A DNA stretch of 64,000 bases from Octopus vulgaris. Taxonomy: Eukaryota. Positions 40,099 to 55,321 of the stretch are shown piece by piece. A model generated the notes under the pieces. That model saw only the letters and a list, made by a program, of their open reading frames with translations, did no database searches and had not been told where the DNA came from. Within the stretch, counting starts at the first letter, position 1; every line of letters starts with the position of its first letter. The DNA is taken from the NCBI GenBank assembly GCA_951406725.2, contig OX597819.1:87048001-87112000 (forward strand), in the 5' to 3' direction. Both the position numbers and the translations under genes were made by a program.

Positions 40099-40312
40099 GG
40101 TATGTATTACGATAAATATAAACAAACTAATGTTTGTTTTAGAAGCTTTGAAATGTGTATTGTGAGATACAAATGAGATTATAATGTATTTTCAAACGTA
40201 TAAAAGCCGATATAACAGCAGAGATTGGATAAAATATCCATACAAAACGGAAAAATGTTCCACTTTGTATGGACATCATATCCAGTCTCTGTTGTTCTAT
40301 CAGCGTTTATGC

Positions 40313-40355
<43 letters not shown>

Positions 40356-40421
40356 GATACGAAGACATTCATGCACACACACATGCGCGCACACACACAT
40401 GCGCGCACACACACATGCGCG

Positions 40422-40493
<72 letters not shown>

Positions 40494-40494
40494 C

Positions 40495-40712
40495 ATGTGT
40501 GTCTGTGTGCGCGTGCGCATGTCTTTGTGTCTATGTCCCCAACCGCCACTTGACAACCGGTGTTGGTGTCTTTAAGTTCTCATAACTCAGATATTCGGCA
40601 AAAGACGCCGATGGAATGATTACCAGGTTTTGAAAGAATAAGTACTGGGGTTAATTCATTCAACTTAAATTCTTTATAGCGGTGCCCCAGCACGACCGCA
40701 GTCTAATGACAG
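40495..40712 (+). mobile_element. SINE 3' half (5' half at about 39945-40050)
   Basis: cttgacaaccggtgttggtg...aataagtactgggg...gcggtgccccagca matches the 62036 family. Confidence 0.7.
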
Positions 40713-40718
40713 TATAGG

Positions 40719-40752
<34 letters not shown>

Positions 40753-40753
<1 letters not shown>

Positions 40754-41120
40754 TAGCAGTATCGCCCGGCGTTGCTCAGGTTTGTAAGGGAAATAACTAT
40801 AAAGCATTTTTAGAGAGTTATAGCCCAAAAATAGCAAAAAAATGGAAAAAAAATGATGGTAAATTTTTTTTGAGAGTTAAAAAAGGTGGAGTTGCGTCCC
40901 CTAGACGGTCTGTGGTTTGGGTTTCTGATTCTCGACCCCATGTCGAATTTATCGATTTTTTTCAGAACTGGGGGAACTTTTCAAAATTTTCGCTGCGTTA
41001 GTTTTGAATTATGACACTGGGCTATGTGTGTGTCAAGTTTCATCAGAATCGGTTGAAAGCCGTGGTCAGAGTGAGAGTACGAGAAAACAGACACACAGAA
41101 ACACGCACAGACAAACTGCC

Positions 41121-41130
<10 letters not shown>
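40753..41130 (-). mobile_element. Non-autonomous Helitron
   Basis: 3' end (CTAG, hairpin, about 50 bp) nearly identical to the reverse complement of 16650-16699; different 5' region. Confidence 0.85.
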
Positions 41131-41196
<66 letters not shown>

Positions 41197-41413
41197 CTTC
41201 TAGTATCTCGGGCATCCTCCATCCGATTGCTCTCAAATTTGATATGTAGATACCGACGGTATCAGGGCGTGTATAAGTCTTGAAGAAATTACAAAAATCG
41301 ATTCCAGGTGAGAATGCGGTCGATAAAGGTGTGGGAAATCGTTTTTCTTTGGAATAGAAAAAAACGTCTCTCTTTATTTCTTCTTTTGCTGGTGGCTCAA
41401 TTTTAGGTTAAAT

Positions 41414-41511
41414 CAGTGTTTCTCAAAGGGGAGGCCTATGGGACAGTCGGAAAATTTGGTTTAGATGTTTGACAACTCAGCACCGTCTATTGGACGGGGG
41501 ACGTTTTGCTC

Positions 41512-41573
<62 letters not shown>

Positions 41574-42131
41574 TGTTCGTGCTTGTATATACATATATGC
41601 ATAAATACACATACACACGCGCGCACACACAGGGGATAGCAAAGAAGGAGAGGGAAAAAGAAATATAGAGGATGATACGGGGATAGAGAGAAAGAAAAGA
41701 AAATAGGCAGAAAACAGAGTGTAGGATCAGGGGATTTTTTTATGGGGGCGCGCACAACAAAATAGAAAATAGTAAATTAGGCATCCACAATAGCATTTTA
41801 AGAGGCTCAGAAAAAATTTTGCATCAGTTCAAGATGACTACTATTTCAAACGTGTACGACCGCATTGCAGCTCTTTCGTCATCTCCACGCCCATTCCGAC
41901 TCTTTTTTTACATTATTTCTTCTCGATCGTGTTGCAAGAAACAGCTAGGTTTTTTCCCAACATTTTACGTATTTCAAACTACACAAGTTAATATTTGACA
42001 AGCAAAACAATAATTTTGAAAGAACTATGTATAAAACTAGTTTTTAACGTTCTATAGCTTTGGGGATCCACCAGAATAAAATAGTACTCAAAGAGGTCCA
42101 TAGATAAAAAAAAAATGGTTGCAAAACCCTG
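41414..42131. mobile_element. hAT (Charlie-type) non-autonomous element
   Basis: Ends cagtgtttctcaa / ttgcaaaaccctg; flanking 8-mers ggttaaat and gtctaaat (6/8) consistent with an old TSD. Confidence 0.6.
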
Positions 42132-43099
42132 GTCTAAATGAAGGTAAGGATGATCTCGACTGTAACATTCATGACCACGTCTGCTGAATCAGGATTGACA
42201 TAGGACAAGGTAGCCTCAGCAGCAGCATACCGGCATTTAAATGTCCATATACGTGCACAGCGAGCCTGTTTTCTTATGTGAACTTTTAGAGTTTATTTTT
42301 GAGCGATCATATTCTCAATTTCAAGTTAGTAAAGACAAACTATTCTTTTAAGAAAGGGTTCTTCTAATTTCGTCATCCTTTGCACAACCTTTGATCCTAT
42401 AAATTTTATGAATTAAAGGGTTACATTCTTTCTCCAAGTACCCATTCGTATTGACACATATCCCCTCACGTCAGTAACGTTTAGTATGAAGTTGAACTGG
42501 TACTTCAAGTCTAGCGACTCCTCTTCCATAGCTACTATTTCAAACTTGTGCGACTGCGTTGCAGCTCCTTCGTTGACTCGTATGCATGCATATGAGTTTC
42601 ACCATATCCACGCTTACTCCAACTCTTTCATACCTTATTTCTCGTCGTCCCTGTTTTAGCGACCTACTATTATTGTCTGGGCCACGAAATAATTATATAA
42701 ACAATGCTCTGTATGAAAGTCAGCTGCCGACTTGATATGTTAATACATCAAAATGGGCAGCTGTGGTCCCAAACAACAATATCAGGTCTGTTATATTTTA
42801 ATTCGGTTGGTGCTTTCATTCATAGATTCCGCCAATGTTCTTTTGATTCATCGATCGCTTTACAGTCTTCTTTGCTGCTATTTTTTTGCCTTTTTATTTT
42901 ATTCAAAATTGCTCTGGCTTCAACATCATGCCTCATGAGAATGCAGTATCCAGAAAACATTCTCTCACACTTGTCAGTGATGTGGCTAATGTTTTCGGTT
43001 TTGGTTTTGTATAGTTTACATATGTTGTCAGTTGATGCTTCTTCTTCTAGTCAGGACTTACGCCATTAGCCACAAATAATAATCTCTAATTCGAGTCTA

Positions 43100-43522
43100 C
43101 TCTAAGCTACTAAGAATGCGTGTGGCAACTTGAAGATCCACCCACCACACGAGATAGACTGGGGGTTGCACGGGTGCGAAAGCTACGTTGTTATCCTCAT
43201 TCCGTAAACGGTGGCTTTTAACGGGTGGAGAGCTGAACCATCCTGGGGTACAGAGGATCCGCAATCTAGACTAGGGTCTGAAAGTTTACCACACCATAGT
43301 GGGTTACACCATGGTTCCTCTGCTTTGTGGCAGAAGTAGGAAGAAAGAGTGAGAAAAAGTTGTAGTTAAAGAGTACGGCGGGGTTCACCCCCACCCCACC
43401 GGAGCCTCGTGGAGCTTAGGTGTTTTTGCTCAATAAACACTCACAATGCCCGATCTGGGAATCGAAATCGCGTTCTTGCGACCGCGAGTTCGCTGCCCTA
43501 ACCACTGGTCCATTGCACCTCC
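43100..43522 (-). mobile_element. tRNA-derived SINE (third family)
   Basis: Minus strand ggaggtgcaatggaccagtggttagggcagc...atttcgattccc...ttgagcaaaaacacct; 3' boundary uncertain. Confidence 0.7.
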
Positions 43523-45099
43523 GCTCAGCTGATGCTTTCTGTCTTTTGTATAGAATACAATTAGTAAAAGATTTGTGACTCCTGCATTGTATGATGTTAA
43601 CCTTCAAGATGAGTGGTTCTCATAAAAGCTGTGTTGCCAAACTATTCATATTTCGTTTTGTATGAGTACAGTATAACGTTATCTGATCTTTCTACTAAAA
43701 ATACATGTTTGTACTCACCAAATTTTATTTCGAAATCTGTAGAATATTTGGCGATGAGATTCAAATGATTTTTGATGTGGTTAATGTTTGGGGGTATACA
43801 GCTTCGTGCCATCTACAAAGAAGACGTTTGATGTTTCTGAGCTTAGGGAACCCAATTCTATAAACGCTATATTTCCTTAGCAGGTGCGATGAGGGTTTGA
43901 GGAGGAAACAATGAACTGTGCTGACAAGCTATCGAACAGAATATATCACATTGCATCACATTTTCATCTGATTATCCCGTCTAAACATGTGATCCACATC
44001 TGCATGTACACTGTGCGCTTACGCTTATACGTATACGCAAGTGCATATATACATATATCGACAATCACATACATACACAGCCTCTCTACCTTCTCCTCAT
44101 GTGCACATGCGCATTATGCAGAAATTTTTCACAGTATGCAAGAACGCATAAAAATTGTGCAAAGTTTATGTAAAAGCAAAATAAGACTTGAGTAATTTTA
44201 ATTATATAAAGAAAAAATTATGAGTTTCCAGAAACTTGGAAATATAGGAATACAGAAGACTACAACAATGAGAAATTGCAGGGTTAAAGAATGGAATGTA
44301 AAAATTGTAGAGTTGTATACTTGAGTTATTGAAAAGTTTGAAGACTGCAAAGTGCAGAAGTAGAGGAAATTATAAACTTAATGATTTCGCTTTAGCATAG
44401 CGAAAGTAATAACCAGTTGTAAAATGTCAATGTACATATGCTTTAGAAAAGTATATCTACATCGTATTCTATAGGTTGTACTCTGTATTCTATAGGTAAA
44501 TACAGTACTTAATATTAATTATTGAATGGCAAAGGAATAGGAATTACGTAATTAACATCATTTGTTTACAGCTGTTACTACTCTAGAGCTAGTGCACTCA
44601 AAGTTGGCAGTTTGGGCAACAGCTTATAGCTTTCTCCGAGCTAGGAAGCTCTAAAATGTTGCAAAAGGACTCAACTATGCGTGCATTGTTTCTCTATAGC
44701 AGAAACAGCTGTAAGCTAATGAAGTTGATTGCATAACTCCTGTCCCCTTGCCTTTCTACGCAAGGAATATATAAATGTGTAATTACTACGGTGTGCAGAA
44801 AGCGAAATGCAAAATTCAAAATGCAGAAAGAGACAAGTAAAGTCTTGTAAACTGTTTAGACTAGTGATAAAGAAATAATGAGATACAGAGATATATAAAT
44901 ACGGACCACCAAACAAAACGCAAAATGTTACACTTATACAGACTAACAAATTTTCAAAAGTGAAGTTCGTGTGCTGCAGAATGTAGCGTTATAAATTCAA
45001 ATATTTTTGAAGTGTGAGTGATCGAGATACGGAAAATTAGAATACAAATGATAACAAGTAATTAGACGACATGCAAATTGCAAACACAAAATTACCAAG

Positions 45100-46810
45100 C
45101 AGTAAATTCACGCTCGTAACCTAGCGCTGCATAGCCACATACGTTTCAAGTCAGGTTATGAATTCTTCAAGATTGTGTTCATAGAGAAATGTTACAGTAC
45201 GTATGTAGATATGTGTGCGAAGAGAAATGTTACAGTATTAGGTAGATATGTGTGCGAACGATCGCAAATTTGTGGGAGAGGCATATATAATGAATTTAGT
45301 TAAGAGATGTATCTACTTAAGCGATTTCGTAAAAGCTGATAGTATAAGATTATAATGATAGATATTGGGTGTAATTTGTCTTCTGCTTAGTTGCTTGTAG
45401 ACAACTAGTTTTCACAATAAGTATAAATTTAATGCATCCAAGAGGAAATTAGTTTTGACTTCTAATTCATGGTCGGCTGGAATTGAAGAATAAGAACAGT
45501 TTTGCGATATACTAGTTGCAAGTTCCATTTTGCTCGTAAGTTTTTGCATTCTCTATAATGCACTACGTAAAGCTATATTTGGAGTTCAGTTGTTCCTTTA
45601 ATGACTATATACATCTGGTGTCTACTCCTTTGCTTATGATTCTGACAGAAGAACATAGATTTAGAAGTAGTTTCCATTAGGACAAACGGCGTCGGGCTAT
45701 GTAACTATTGTCGTTGAAGACTTATGCTTGCTATACAACTGATTTTTAAAGCATAGCCCATCGAGTTGGCACTTTTGAGTGTTAGTATAAGTGGCTGTAA
45801 GGAATAAATTAGCGTTGTTCTCAGAGAAATTTAAGGCTAAATCTATGACGAAATTAGGTGTTTCGTTGTAAGTAGGTTTAATGTAATTTCTGTTGAATAG
45901 TTTATTATATCTTATATTGAGAACTACTTATACAAGAGAAAATAAATGGTATGACAGAAAAAAAAAATTGCGAGTAGGGTGTGAACCACAGAATTTTGAA
46001 ATTATGTTATTTACAGGAGTGGGGATTGCTTGTGATTTCTGAAATGAAGATTGATTTTGAAACACTTATCATTATCAAGATTGCTCCGTAAGGAAATCGC
46101 TTTCAAAAGATTCTTCTAAGAATATGTTTAATAAGCGTAGATTTGTGGTTTAAGTAGCTTCTTGGTTACGGAAAACAATTAGCTGAAACTTTTATTAATG
46201 TATAGAAGCCTCTCATTAGGTTTTCTGACAGGATGATATCTACTGGTATATAAGTTTAGTCAGTTACCAGGGAAGTTAAGTATTTTTAGGAGGTTATTCT
46301 CTATTGTGATTCTTAGATTAGGATCTTTGAAGAAGTTAAAGATTTTCCTGAAATTATTCATCTGTTGGCCTTTTCATGCTTTCAAAAACTATAAAACCAA
46401 TGTCTCAATACAGTCCACATTTCATATTATTGATCTCCACATTTAGTATATGTGGTATGTATAGGTCTATAAACTCGCAAATATCAAGTGAGTCTTTCCT
46501 ATTGGTCGTTATGTCGGAGAATGAGCGGTTATCATTTTTACCTACAGGACTTTTCATCAGAAGCCATCGACAGTCTACCATGTAATACGATATTGATCTC
46601 CTGGTTTGTAGTTGTGTCATAGATTTTTGCGAAATTTAGTATTCTCAAATATAAGAATTTGGTTATTGCGGAGTAGAAGTCGACGCTGTTGAATTGTCTG
46701 TATTTGTGTGTTTGTGATCAATATAAATAGATATAACAATTTATTCTTGACAATGTTGCTAAAACTATCAATTACTCAGGTATTGATATATGATTTGAAT
46801 GACAAAGCAA
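45100..46810 (-). mobile_element. Heavily decayed Penelope-like element
   Basis: Minus strand QFNSVDFYS (FDIxxFYPS-like), DICEFIDLYI...GLY*DIG (GLYRDDG-like); decayed hammerhead ttgaaga...gaaac-gta at 45140-45170. Confidence 0.7.
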
Positions 46811-46934
46811 AATTATAGAAATATAACAATAATGAGTGCGTATGTGTGTGTATGTGTGTATGTGTGTACACATATGCGGTGCTCCAATATGGCCGCAATC
46901 AAATGACTGAAACAAGAATAAAAGAATAAAAGAC

Positions 46935-46988
<54 letters not shown>

Positions 46989-47128
46989 TGTGTCTGTGTG
47001 TGTGTGTGTATACACACAGACACACACGCACGTTTATGTCATAATTGGCAATATATAAACATCTCCAAGTATAACGATAAAAACGTATGTATGTATGTAT
47101 GAAAATATGTACGTACATATATACATAT

Positions 47129-47194
<66 letters not shown>

Positions 47195-47206
<12 letters not shown>

Positions 47207-47670
47207 AATAAAACATATGCATATATATGTACGTACCTACCTCTACATGTATATATACATGCATATATGGGTACAGGACACCAAAAAAACGTCGAACACA
47301 ATGAGAAACGAAAACATAAACACAAAAACAAGGAAATGGACATTTCTTTTAAACAACGAAAAAATAGAGTACAAGACATACAAAACAAGGAAAATTCCCC
47401 TTCTTCAGTGGCCTTAGTTTCATCTACTCCACGTTTCGAAGGTCAAGGCGATACATGACTTCAATAAAACTTTCCTTCCTGCGAAAATCAAATTAAATAA
47501 AATTTTTGATTTTTTGTGGAGGGGTAAAAATGGTAACAAAAACAGGACAGTAACGACAGTACAAAATATAAACAGTAAAAGACAGGACACGGAGAATAAC
47601 AGTAACACAAACAAGAAGGGCTGTTAAGCCAAACGAGATAAAAAAAATTTACGAACGCTATTTTTTGAGA
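47195..47670 (-). mobile_element. Repeat family A, long copy
   Basis: Colinear with 25560-26075. Confidence 0.8.
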
Positions 47671-48171
47671 ACGGCAGAGAGCAACAGATTTTACTGTCTC
47701 TACTTGAAGGAAGCCAGGAGAAGAAAGACAGTGGGACCCATCCCATCACGTGACCGCGACGGGAGGGAGGAGGAGGAGTAAGAGAAAGGGAGAGAAAAAA
47801 GGGAATGGTTGTAGAGAAAAGAATGAAGAATGAGAAAGAGAGGGAGAGGCAGTAAGGTAGAAGAAAAGTAAAGCCAAAAGAATGAAGGCTGAGAAAGGGA
47901 GGGGGAGAGAAAGGTTAAGAGTGCGCATCATTATTAATATTAAGAACAATCTTACTTAGAAATGGATGCGTGCGTTCCGTCATATAATAAATTAATAAAT
48001 AAAACATATGAATATATACATACATATATGTACGTACCTTGATGATGTCCCTTACGATACATCAATGATGAGATGATGCACTAAAATATATATATAACCT
48101 TAAATAATAATAATAATAACAACAACAACAACATCAACAACAACGACAACAACAACAACAACAACAACAAC

Positions 48172-48231
<60 letters not shown>

Positions 48232-48232
<1 letters not shown>

Positions 48233-49489
48233 TGAAGATTGTTGACAATGCATAGAATACTACACCCTAGGGCAGATATAATACGACTTTACCTACCAAG
48301 AAAAGAAGGTGACCGTGGACTTTTACAACTGGGATTAACAATGAAGATTGCCACTAATGGCCTAAACACCAACCAGGAAAACTCTGGTGACTGGATGTTA
48401 AAACTTGTCTTAAAATATAAAGAACAAGAAAGCCTCATACTCAGTAACAAAACAGGCAAAGGAATATTTAAGTGAATTCCAAATACAACAAATCCCAGAA
48501 TTTGACGCACTGGAAACATGCGCAGAAAAGCAAAGCGTATGAAAACCTGTGCTAGAACTGCTACCTTAGATATTCTTACTGATAAATAGCAAGAAAAACC
48601 TTTCACTGGTGAATACTCAAATAGAGATAATAGTTCCGACAAAGCCTTCTGGCTTAAAATCAGGAACAGAAGGGTTTTTATCATAGCAGCAAATGATCAA
48701 TGCCTACCAACAGGCTACCAGGCCAACATATTAAAGAACTTCAATAGCCAAACATGTGTATGTAAACAACAAAAGGAAATCATTGATCCCGTTGTCTCCA
48801 TGTGCAGTCTTCTTGCTCCTACAGAGTATCTCAACAGGCATGATAGAGCAGGATAGTATATTCATTGGGTAATTTGCAAAGACTTGGACCTGCCCTGGTG
48901 GGAACACAAACTACCTCCAGTACTTGAAAATGATCGCATCTCACTCCTCTGGAACCTTACCGTTCAAACTGACAGAAAGATAGATGCGAATATGCATTAT
49001 ATTGAAAGACTTCAGACAAAAATCATACCTCCTCGTTAATATGACTGTCCCAATCGACATGAATATATCTGTCAAGACCTACCAAAAACCGAGTAAGTAT
49101 AAAGATCTTGAAATAGAAATTGGTAAAATGTAACATAAAGACTAAAACAATACCTGTTGTCATAAGCGCTCTAGGGATGATAACAAAAGGGGCTGATTGC
49201 TACCTAGTTCAGATACCAGGAAACCCCCAAATTGGCAGAATTTCAAAAGATAGGGTTAATGGGAACTGTCCATATCCTACGTAAAATACTGTCTATGTAA
49301 TCTCAAACTTTAAAACAAACTTACAATTTTCTTATGCTTTCTTAAATATTCTCGAGAACAATACTATGTGCAAAACCAAATATATGACATCCTAGGCATA
49401 ACACTAGCTTGAACTTCTAATTTGTCTCTTGAGGTCTCTTGGTGAGACTTGGAGTCAACGTGTACAAACACAAGGCAAAAGTCAAACAT
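48232..49489 (+). mobile_element. Decayed 5'-truncated R4/Dong-like LINE between (TAA)n arrays
   Basis: HPRADIIRLYLPRKEGDRGL, EYLNRHDR, SKYKDLEIEI, TIPVVISALG remnants. Confidence 0.85.
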
Positions 49490-49509
49490 ATAATAACAAT
49501 AACAATAAC

Positions 49510-49580
<71 letters not shown>

Positions 49581-49581
<1 letters not shown>

Positions 49582-51301
49582 CTGATATAACTATCCGATA
49601 TGCTAAATAGAACTGGATGCGGATATAAATGTTACGGCAAAACGATCAGCCACCTTTTATATATGGATGACCTAAAACTATACGCTGCAAATGGCAAACA
49701 GCTGGAAACACTATTAAAGACAGTTCATGGATTTACCAAAGAAATAGATATGAAATTTGGATTAGAAAAATGCGCCAAAGTAACCATGAAAAGAGGAAAA
49801 CTAGTTAAGAGTAGCAACATCACACTAGATAAAACCAATGAAATAAAAGAATTAGACCAAAGCCAAACTTACAAATAATTAGGAATCCATGAACTAGATA
49901 AGACACAACACACAAATGAAAGAGAAAATAAAAAAAGAATATTATAGACTAGTTAGATCAATACTAAAAACAGACCTCAATGCTAAAAACAAGATAATAG
50001 GTATTAACACTTTAGCTGTCCGAGTTATAAGTTACAGCTACAATATCCTTAACTGGACACTAAATGAACTGACCAAAATAGATAGGAAAACAAGAAAAAT
50101 AATGACAGGATCTAGGATGCATCACCCAAAATCTGACATAGAAAGACTATATATACAACGTATAGAAGGTGGTAGAAGCCTTATACAGCTAGAAAAGTAC
50201 TATAAAATAACCACCATAGGACTGCAAAAATATCTACTTCAGAAGGAAGGAAAACTGATACAAATAGCGGCAAAACACGAGCAAAACAAAAAACTGTTCT
50301 CAGTATTTAAGGAAGCTGACAAATACAAACAAGAAATCATACCACCTAATAAATATGAAGAAGAAGAAAACACAACAAAAGCTATAAAACAATTGAAATC
50401 AAAACTAAAAATAGAACAGCAACGAACCATGATAAAACGATGGCAAGAAAAGCCCCTTCATGGTAAATACTGGACTAAACTAAACGCAAAAGAAATAGAC
50501 AAAGAAAAATCCCAGCAATGGTTAAGAAGCTCAGGACTCAAAGCAGAGACAGAGGGATTTTTAATTGCAGCACAAGACCAAAGCCTCCCCACCAGAAATT
50601 ACCAAAAACATGTAATGAAAAGAAATATAACAAGTAACTGCAGAATATGTGGAGATGGACAAGAAACAATAAATCATATTATCTCTGACTGCCCAGTCCT
50701 GGCTAAGAAGGAATATATTCACAGACATGACAGACTTGGAACCTACATACACTGGAAGCTATGCCAACATTATGGAATAACAACAGAAAAAAGATGGTAT
50801 AGACACACACCAGAAAAGGTCACAGAAAACGAGAAAGCAACCATACTCTGGGATATGCCGATACACACAGATAGAGAAATTAAGGCCAACAGACCAGATA
50901 TAGTTGTCAGAGATCATGAAGAAAAAAATGCTTTCTAATTGATGTATCAATACCAGCAGATGACAACGTGTCTCTAAAAGAAATGGAGAAACTCTCAAAA
51001 TACAAAGACCTGGAAATAGAGGTAACCAGAATGTGGAATCTAAAAACAGAAACAATTCCTATCATAGTAGGTGCATTAGGCATGATAAAAAAATATTCAG
51101 ACAAATACATAACAAAAGCACCAGGACTTACAAACACATATAACATACAGAAAATTGCACTACTAGGCACTGCACACATCCTACCCAGAACACTTTCCAT
51201 ACAATAACCATCAGAGCATCACAACAAATCACAGCACATACCTAAGGCACACAGAGCTGCGCTCGGTAGTGAAGTGAAAGCACACTATAAAAATAAAACT
51301 A

Positions 51302-51305
<4 letters not shown>
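49581..51305 (+). mobile_element. 5'-truncated R4/Dong-like LINE between (TAA)n arrays
   Basis: HLLYMDDLKLYA, CRICG...ETINHIISDC zinc knuckle, RHD, NRPDIVV, KYKDL restriction-like endonuclease; one stop and two frameshifts. Confidence 0.93.
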
Positions 51306-51336
<31 letters not shown>

Positions 51337-52879
51337 TAAAATTACAGAGGTCGAAGTTAGTGGCTAAGAACAACCCACCTGTCGTAGTTTCTTCCCTCGC
51401 CATCCACTCGTCTCAGAATTCCTCTTAAGGTGATAATTGCTACTCTACATTGATTGATCAATGCGGTTGTTTTCTTTAAATTTATGTATATTCGTTCCCC
51501 CAAGAAATGATGCAAAAAGTGTTTGATAGTTATTGTTAACAGGTAAATTGTATGGAGTGATAGATCTGGAGGTCACGTCCATGTTTTTGTCCCGCAGTTA
51601 ACATATTGTAGGTCTACTAAAGTGGGACCGATAAGTAGGCAGCTACACAAATCAGTAACTTAGCATCTGGCCTATTAGAGCAAAGGCTTTCTTTCTCACA
51701 TCAGAACGATGCAATCAACGTGTCAGCAATACACTGGGACCTTAATTGGTTTGTGAATATCACTGATAACTATTTTATTTATGATATAATACTACAGAAA
51801 TCAGTGTGGTACACGAACATAGGACTTCAGTGCATTTATCGATTCCACAGTATTTCTGGTACATATTTTAACGATGTTATTAATAAACACCGAAATTGGC
51901 CCATGTAAGATATATGCACTCAGGACGTAACAGAAGATAGAAACTAAATCCTCTAAGACATCTAATAAGGTGGTTTTCTATTTCTTCCAACTTATCACAT
52001 TTGCCATTATGTTCATGATAATAATGTATTATAAAAGACAATTAGAATTCTTTTCCCCGTTTGTGACTTTTTTTTCTTTCTCTTGTATTTTCTTCACGTA
52101 AACCTACACAAATATCTCTCAATTTGAATAACAAAAAACGTACTTTCTATAGAAAAGAAATAAATAAAATCTCAATGAATAGATCAAAACAGAAGGCTTA
52201 AAAAAGGTAGTGTATAACGGGAACTAGATTGTTAACCTGTATAGAAAGGACAGCCTGCATTTGACAGTGGAAATTAGCAGGAATGATCAAGAAGCTCGAA
52301 TTCGATTTGACTGAATAATACCATCTCAGAGAACCATTTATTATTTCTATTCGCTGAATGTTGTCAGCTAAAGTAGATATTGATTTCTTGGTGCATGATA
52401 TTCCATATAATGTGCGTTCTGCCATTATACATCAACTAGTCGTCTAGTTTTACTGTCACCTGAACGAGTGCGTATGTTTGCACATATGCATGTATACTTG
52501 TATTCGCATATTGGAGAGTGAGTATGTGTATAAATGGATCGTTGGCTTTTATGTTAAAACTCAGAGCATGAATATACAAACTCATGCACGAACGCACACA
52601 TACACAGACACATGCGCACAAAAACACGCCCTCAAACATATACACACACAAACGCACACACGCTCATACATACTCACGCCTACACACTCAAGCGCTCGCA
52701 CACATACAATTATCCAAGCATATAATTATAAAGACATTGTATATATATATATGTGTGTGTGTGTGTTTGTGTATGTGTGTGTGTGTATGTATGTATGTAT
52801 GTATGTATATATATATACATACATACATACATACATACATACATACATACACACATACATACATACACACATACATCCA

Positions 52880-52961
<82 letters not shown>

Positions 52962-53436
52962 GACATATATGTGCACGTGGTGGCAATGTATGTATGTACG
53001 TGTGGAGATAAAATGGCATACGCAAACAGAAACAACTAAAAGCACACACATATTTATCTAGGCACAGCAACGTACTTTCAGGTATATATATTAGCAATTT
53101 TAGGAACTTATTGAAACGTGAAATGAAAAGAATAAATAAACTAATAAGAGAGAGAGAGAGGAAGAGGACAAGAGAGGAGGAGGAGGAGAGAAAGAGAGAG
53201 AGGGGGACAGCGGGAGAGAGAGACAGCGAAGAGAAAGAGAGGGAGAAAGGAAGAAATCTTATGAAAGCGAGGCTAAGTAAAGAAAAAAAATAATAGGCAG
53301 ACTTCGAGAGAAAAGCAGTGAGAGAGAAAATAAGAAAATGAGATGAAGACAATCAAAGAGGAGGAGTGCTTCAATAGGACGGGTAATAAGTAAACGGGAG
53401 ACTTATTAGAGAAGAAATAGGAAAGAGAACTGAAAT

Positions 53437-53438
53437 GA

Positions 53439-53502
<64 letters not shown>

Positions 53503-53578
53503 AGGAAACAAAGAAAATAAGAAAGAAAATAAGAAAGAAAATAAGAAAGAAAGAAAGAAAGACAGAAAGAAAGAAGGA

Positions 53579-53632
<54 letters not shown>
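53437..53632. repeat. (GAAA)n microsatellite
   Basis: Directly visible. Confidence 0.97.
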
Positions 53633-53633
<1 letters not shown>

Positions 53634-53929
53634 TGAGAGAGAGAGAAAGAAAGAAAAAAAGAAAGCAAGTGAGAGAGAGAGCAATCGCACACAGAGTATG
53701 AGGAGAAACAAAAAGGGAAAATTCTAGCAAAGAGAGATGCAGAATAAACGGTGAAATTTTTCTTCAAATCGAAAGCATCCAACAGTTTTTTAAATAAGAA
53801 ACCGACAGAATGGATAATGTGAGCTAAAAAGATGGAGTGGTCACGGTTGGAATACCTTTAATCAGAGATCTGTTCGATTAAATTTACATAAAGCAACAAC
53901 GAAATACAATAGAAAAAAAATAATGAGCG

Positions 53930-54162
53930 TTCAACTTTTGCCGCACGACCTACACAAATGATTTGTTTTAGTGATCAAATGTTCGTATCGTATATTAGCT
54001 CGTTCTCTTCCTCATATAAATGTTGCCTGAACAGGGAAACGGAGTGCCAAGCATCAGATGTCGAAGTGAGATGTTTTGCTTAAGAACGCAATGTCCCACG
54101 CTATCTAGGAACTAAAACCACCATCTCACAATCGAGAATGCAACACCTTAGCCACTAGGCCA
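53930..54162 (-). mobile_element. Degenerate tRNA-derived SINE (fragment also at about 37985-38085)
   Basis: Minus strand ggcctagtggctaaggtgttg head; gacctacacaaatgatttgtttta shared with about 38010. Confidence 0.6.
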
Positions 54163-54165
54163 TAA

Positions 54166-54218
<53 letters not shown>

Positions 54219-54219
54219 C

Positions 54220-54783
54220 AAATACCCTGATGCAGTACCAGGCAGTGGCTCTCGTGGCTTCTGATCTTAACTGATTGGAAGTGTTATCATGTATATTGTT
54301 TTGTCTTGCAATAATAGATGGGCTACAGCAAATATTCTGCTCAATACCACAGATTTGCTTGTCAGTTTCTTGACCTTAACCAGTTAAGCATGTCCCTTAG
54401 TGGCTGACGATATGAGCATCTCTGATCACGAGCAGAAGTAGTGAGAGAGCATCATAGCCATGTGTTGAGAGGGATTATTTAGGGTTTGAATAATTCACCT
54501 CTGGAAACAAGGGTGTTTCGTTCAATATCCTTAAACAACCCTTATTCATGGACCTTTTGAGCGGAATGGGTTACTCGACCAGAAGAAAATTCTAACTGGG
54601 CCCCACCTGCAAGGTCATGCGCTGTTTATATTGATATGAGATCACCATGTCGCGCACATATGGCTGTGATGAATGTGCCTAGTGTACCCTTGTCAGACAG
54701 GTAATGATGATGGGTATACTGGGCTTCGTATATTTTACCCCAGTGTCACTTTGATGACAGGCACTGCTCTCTCACTCACTCAA
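54220..54783. mobile_element. Non-coding insert bracketed by (TAA)n arrays, possibly a Dong-like 3' UTR
   Basis: Complex sequence precisely between two (TAA)n tracts, like the neighbouring R4/Dong copies; no ORF. Confidence 0.4.
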
Positions 54784-54785
54784 TG

Positions 54786-54866
<81 letters not shown>

Positions 54867-55250
54867 GTTGTCAGGAATCATGAAGAAAAAAAATGCTTTC
54901 TAATTGATGTATCAATACCGGCAGATGACAACGTGTCTCTAAAAGAAATGGAGAAACTTTCAAAATACAAAGACCTGGAAATAGAGGTAACCAGAATGTG
55001 GAATCTAAAAACAGAAACAATTCCTATCATAGTAGGTGCATTAGGCATGATAAAAAAATATTCAGACAAATACATAACAAAAACACCAGGACTTACGAAC
55101 ACATATAACATGCAGAAAATTGCACTACTAGGCACTGCACATCCTACGCAGAACACTTTCCATACAATAACCATCAGAGCATCACAACAAATCACAGCAC
55201 ATACCCAAGGCTCGGTAGTGAAGTGAAAGCACACTATAAAAATAAAACTA

Positions 55251-55253
<3 letters not shown>
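54867..55253 (+). mobile_element. Short 3' copy of the 49581-51305 R4/Dong-like LINE
   Basis: Near-identical to 50903-51305 with the same 3' junction aaaactactg|aataataat. Confidence 0.95.

Positions 55254-55321
<68 letters not shown>

Noticed and set aside
41838-42645. Diverged direct repeat (about 41838-41925 and 42531-42645)
   Set aside because: Looks like two old fragments of a dispersed repeat with no further structure
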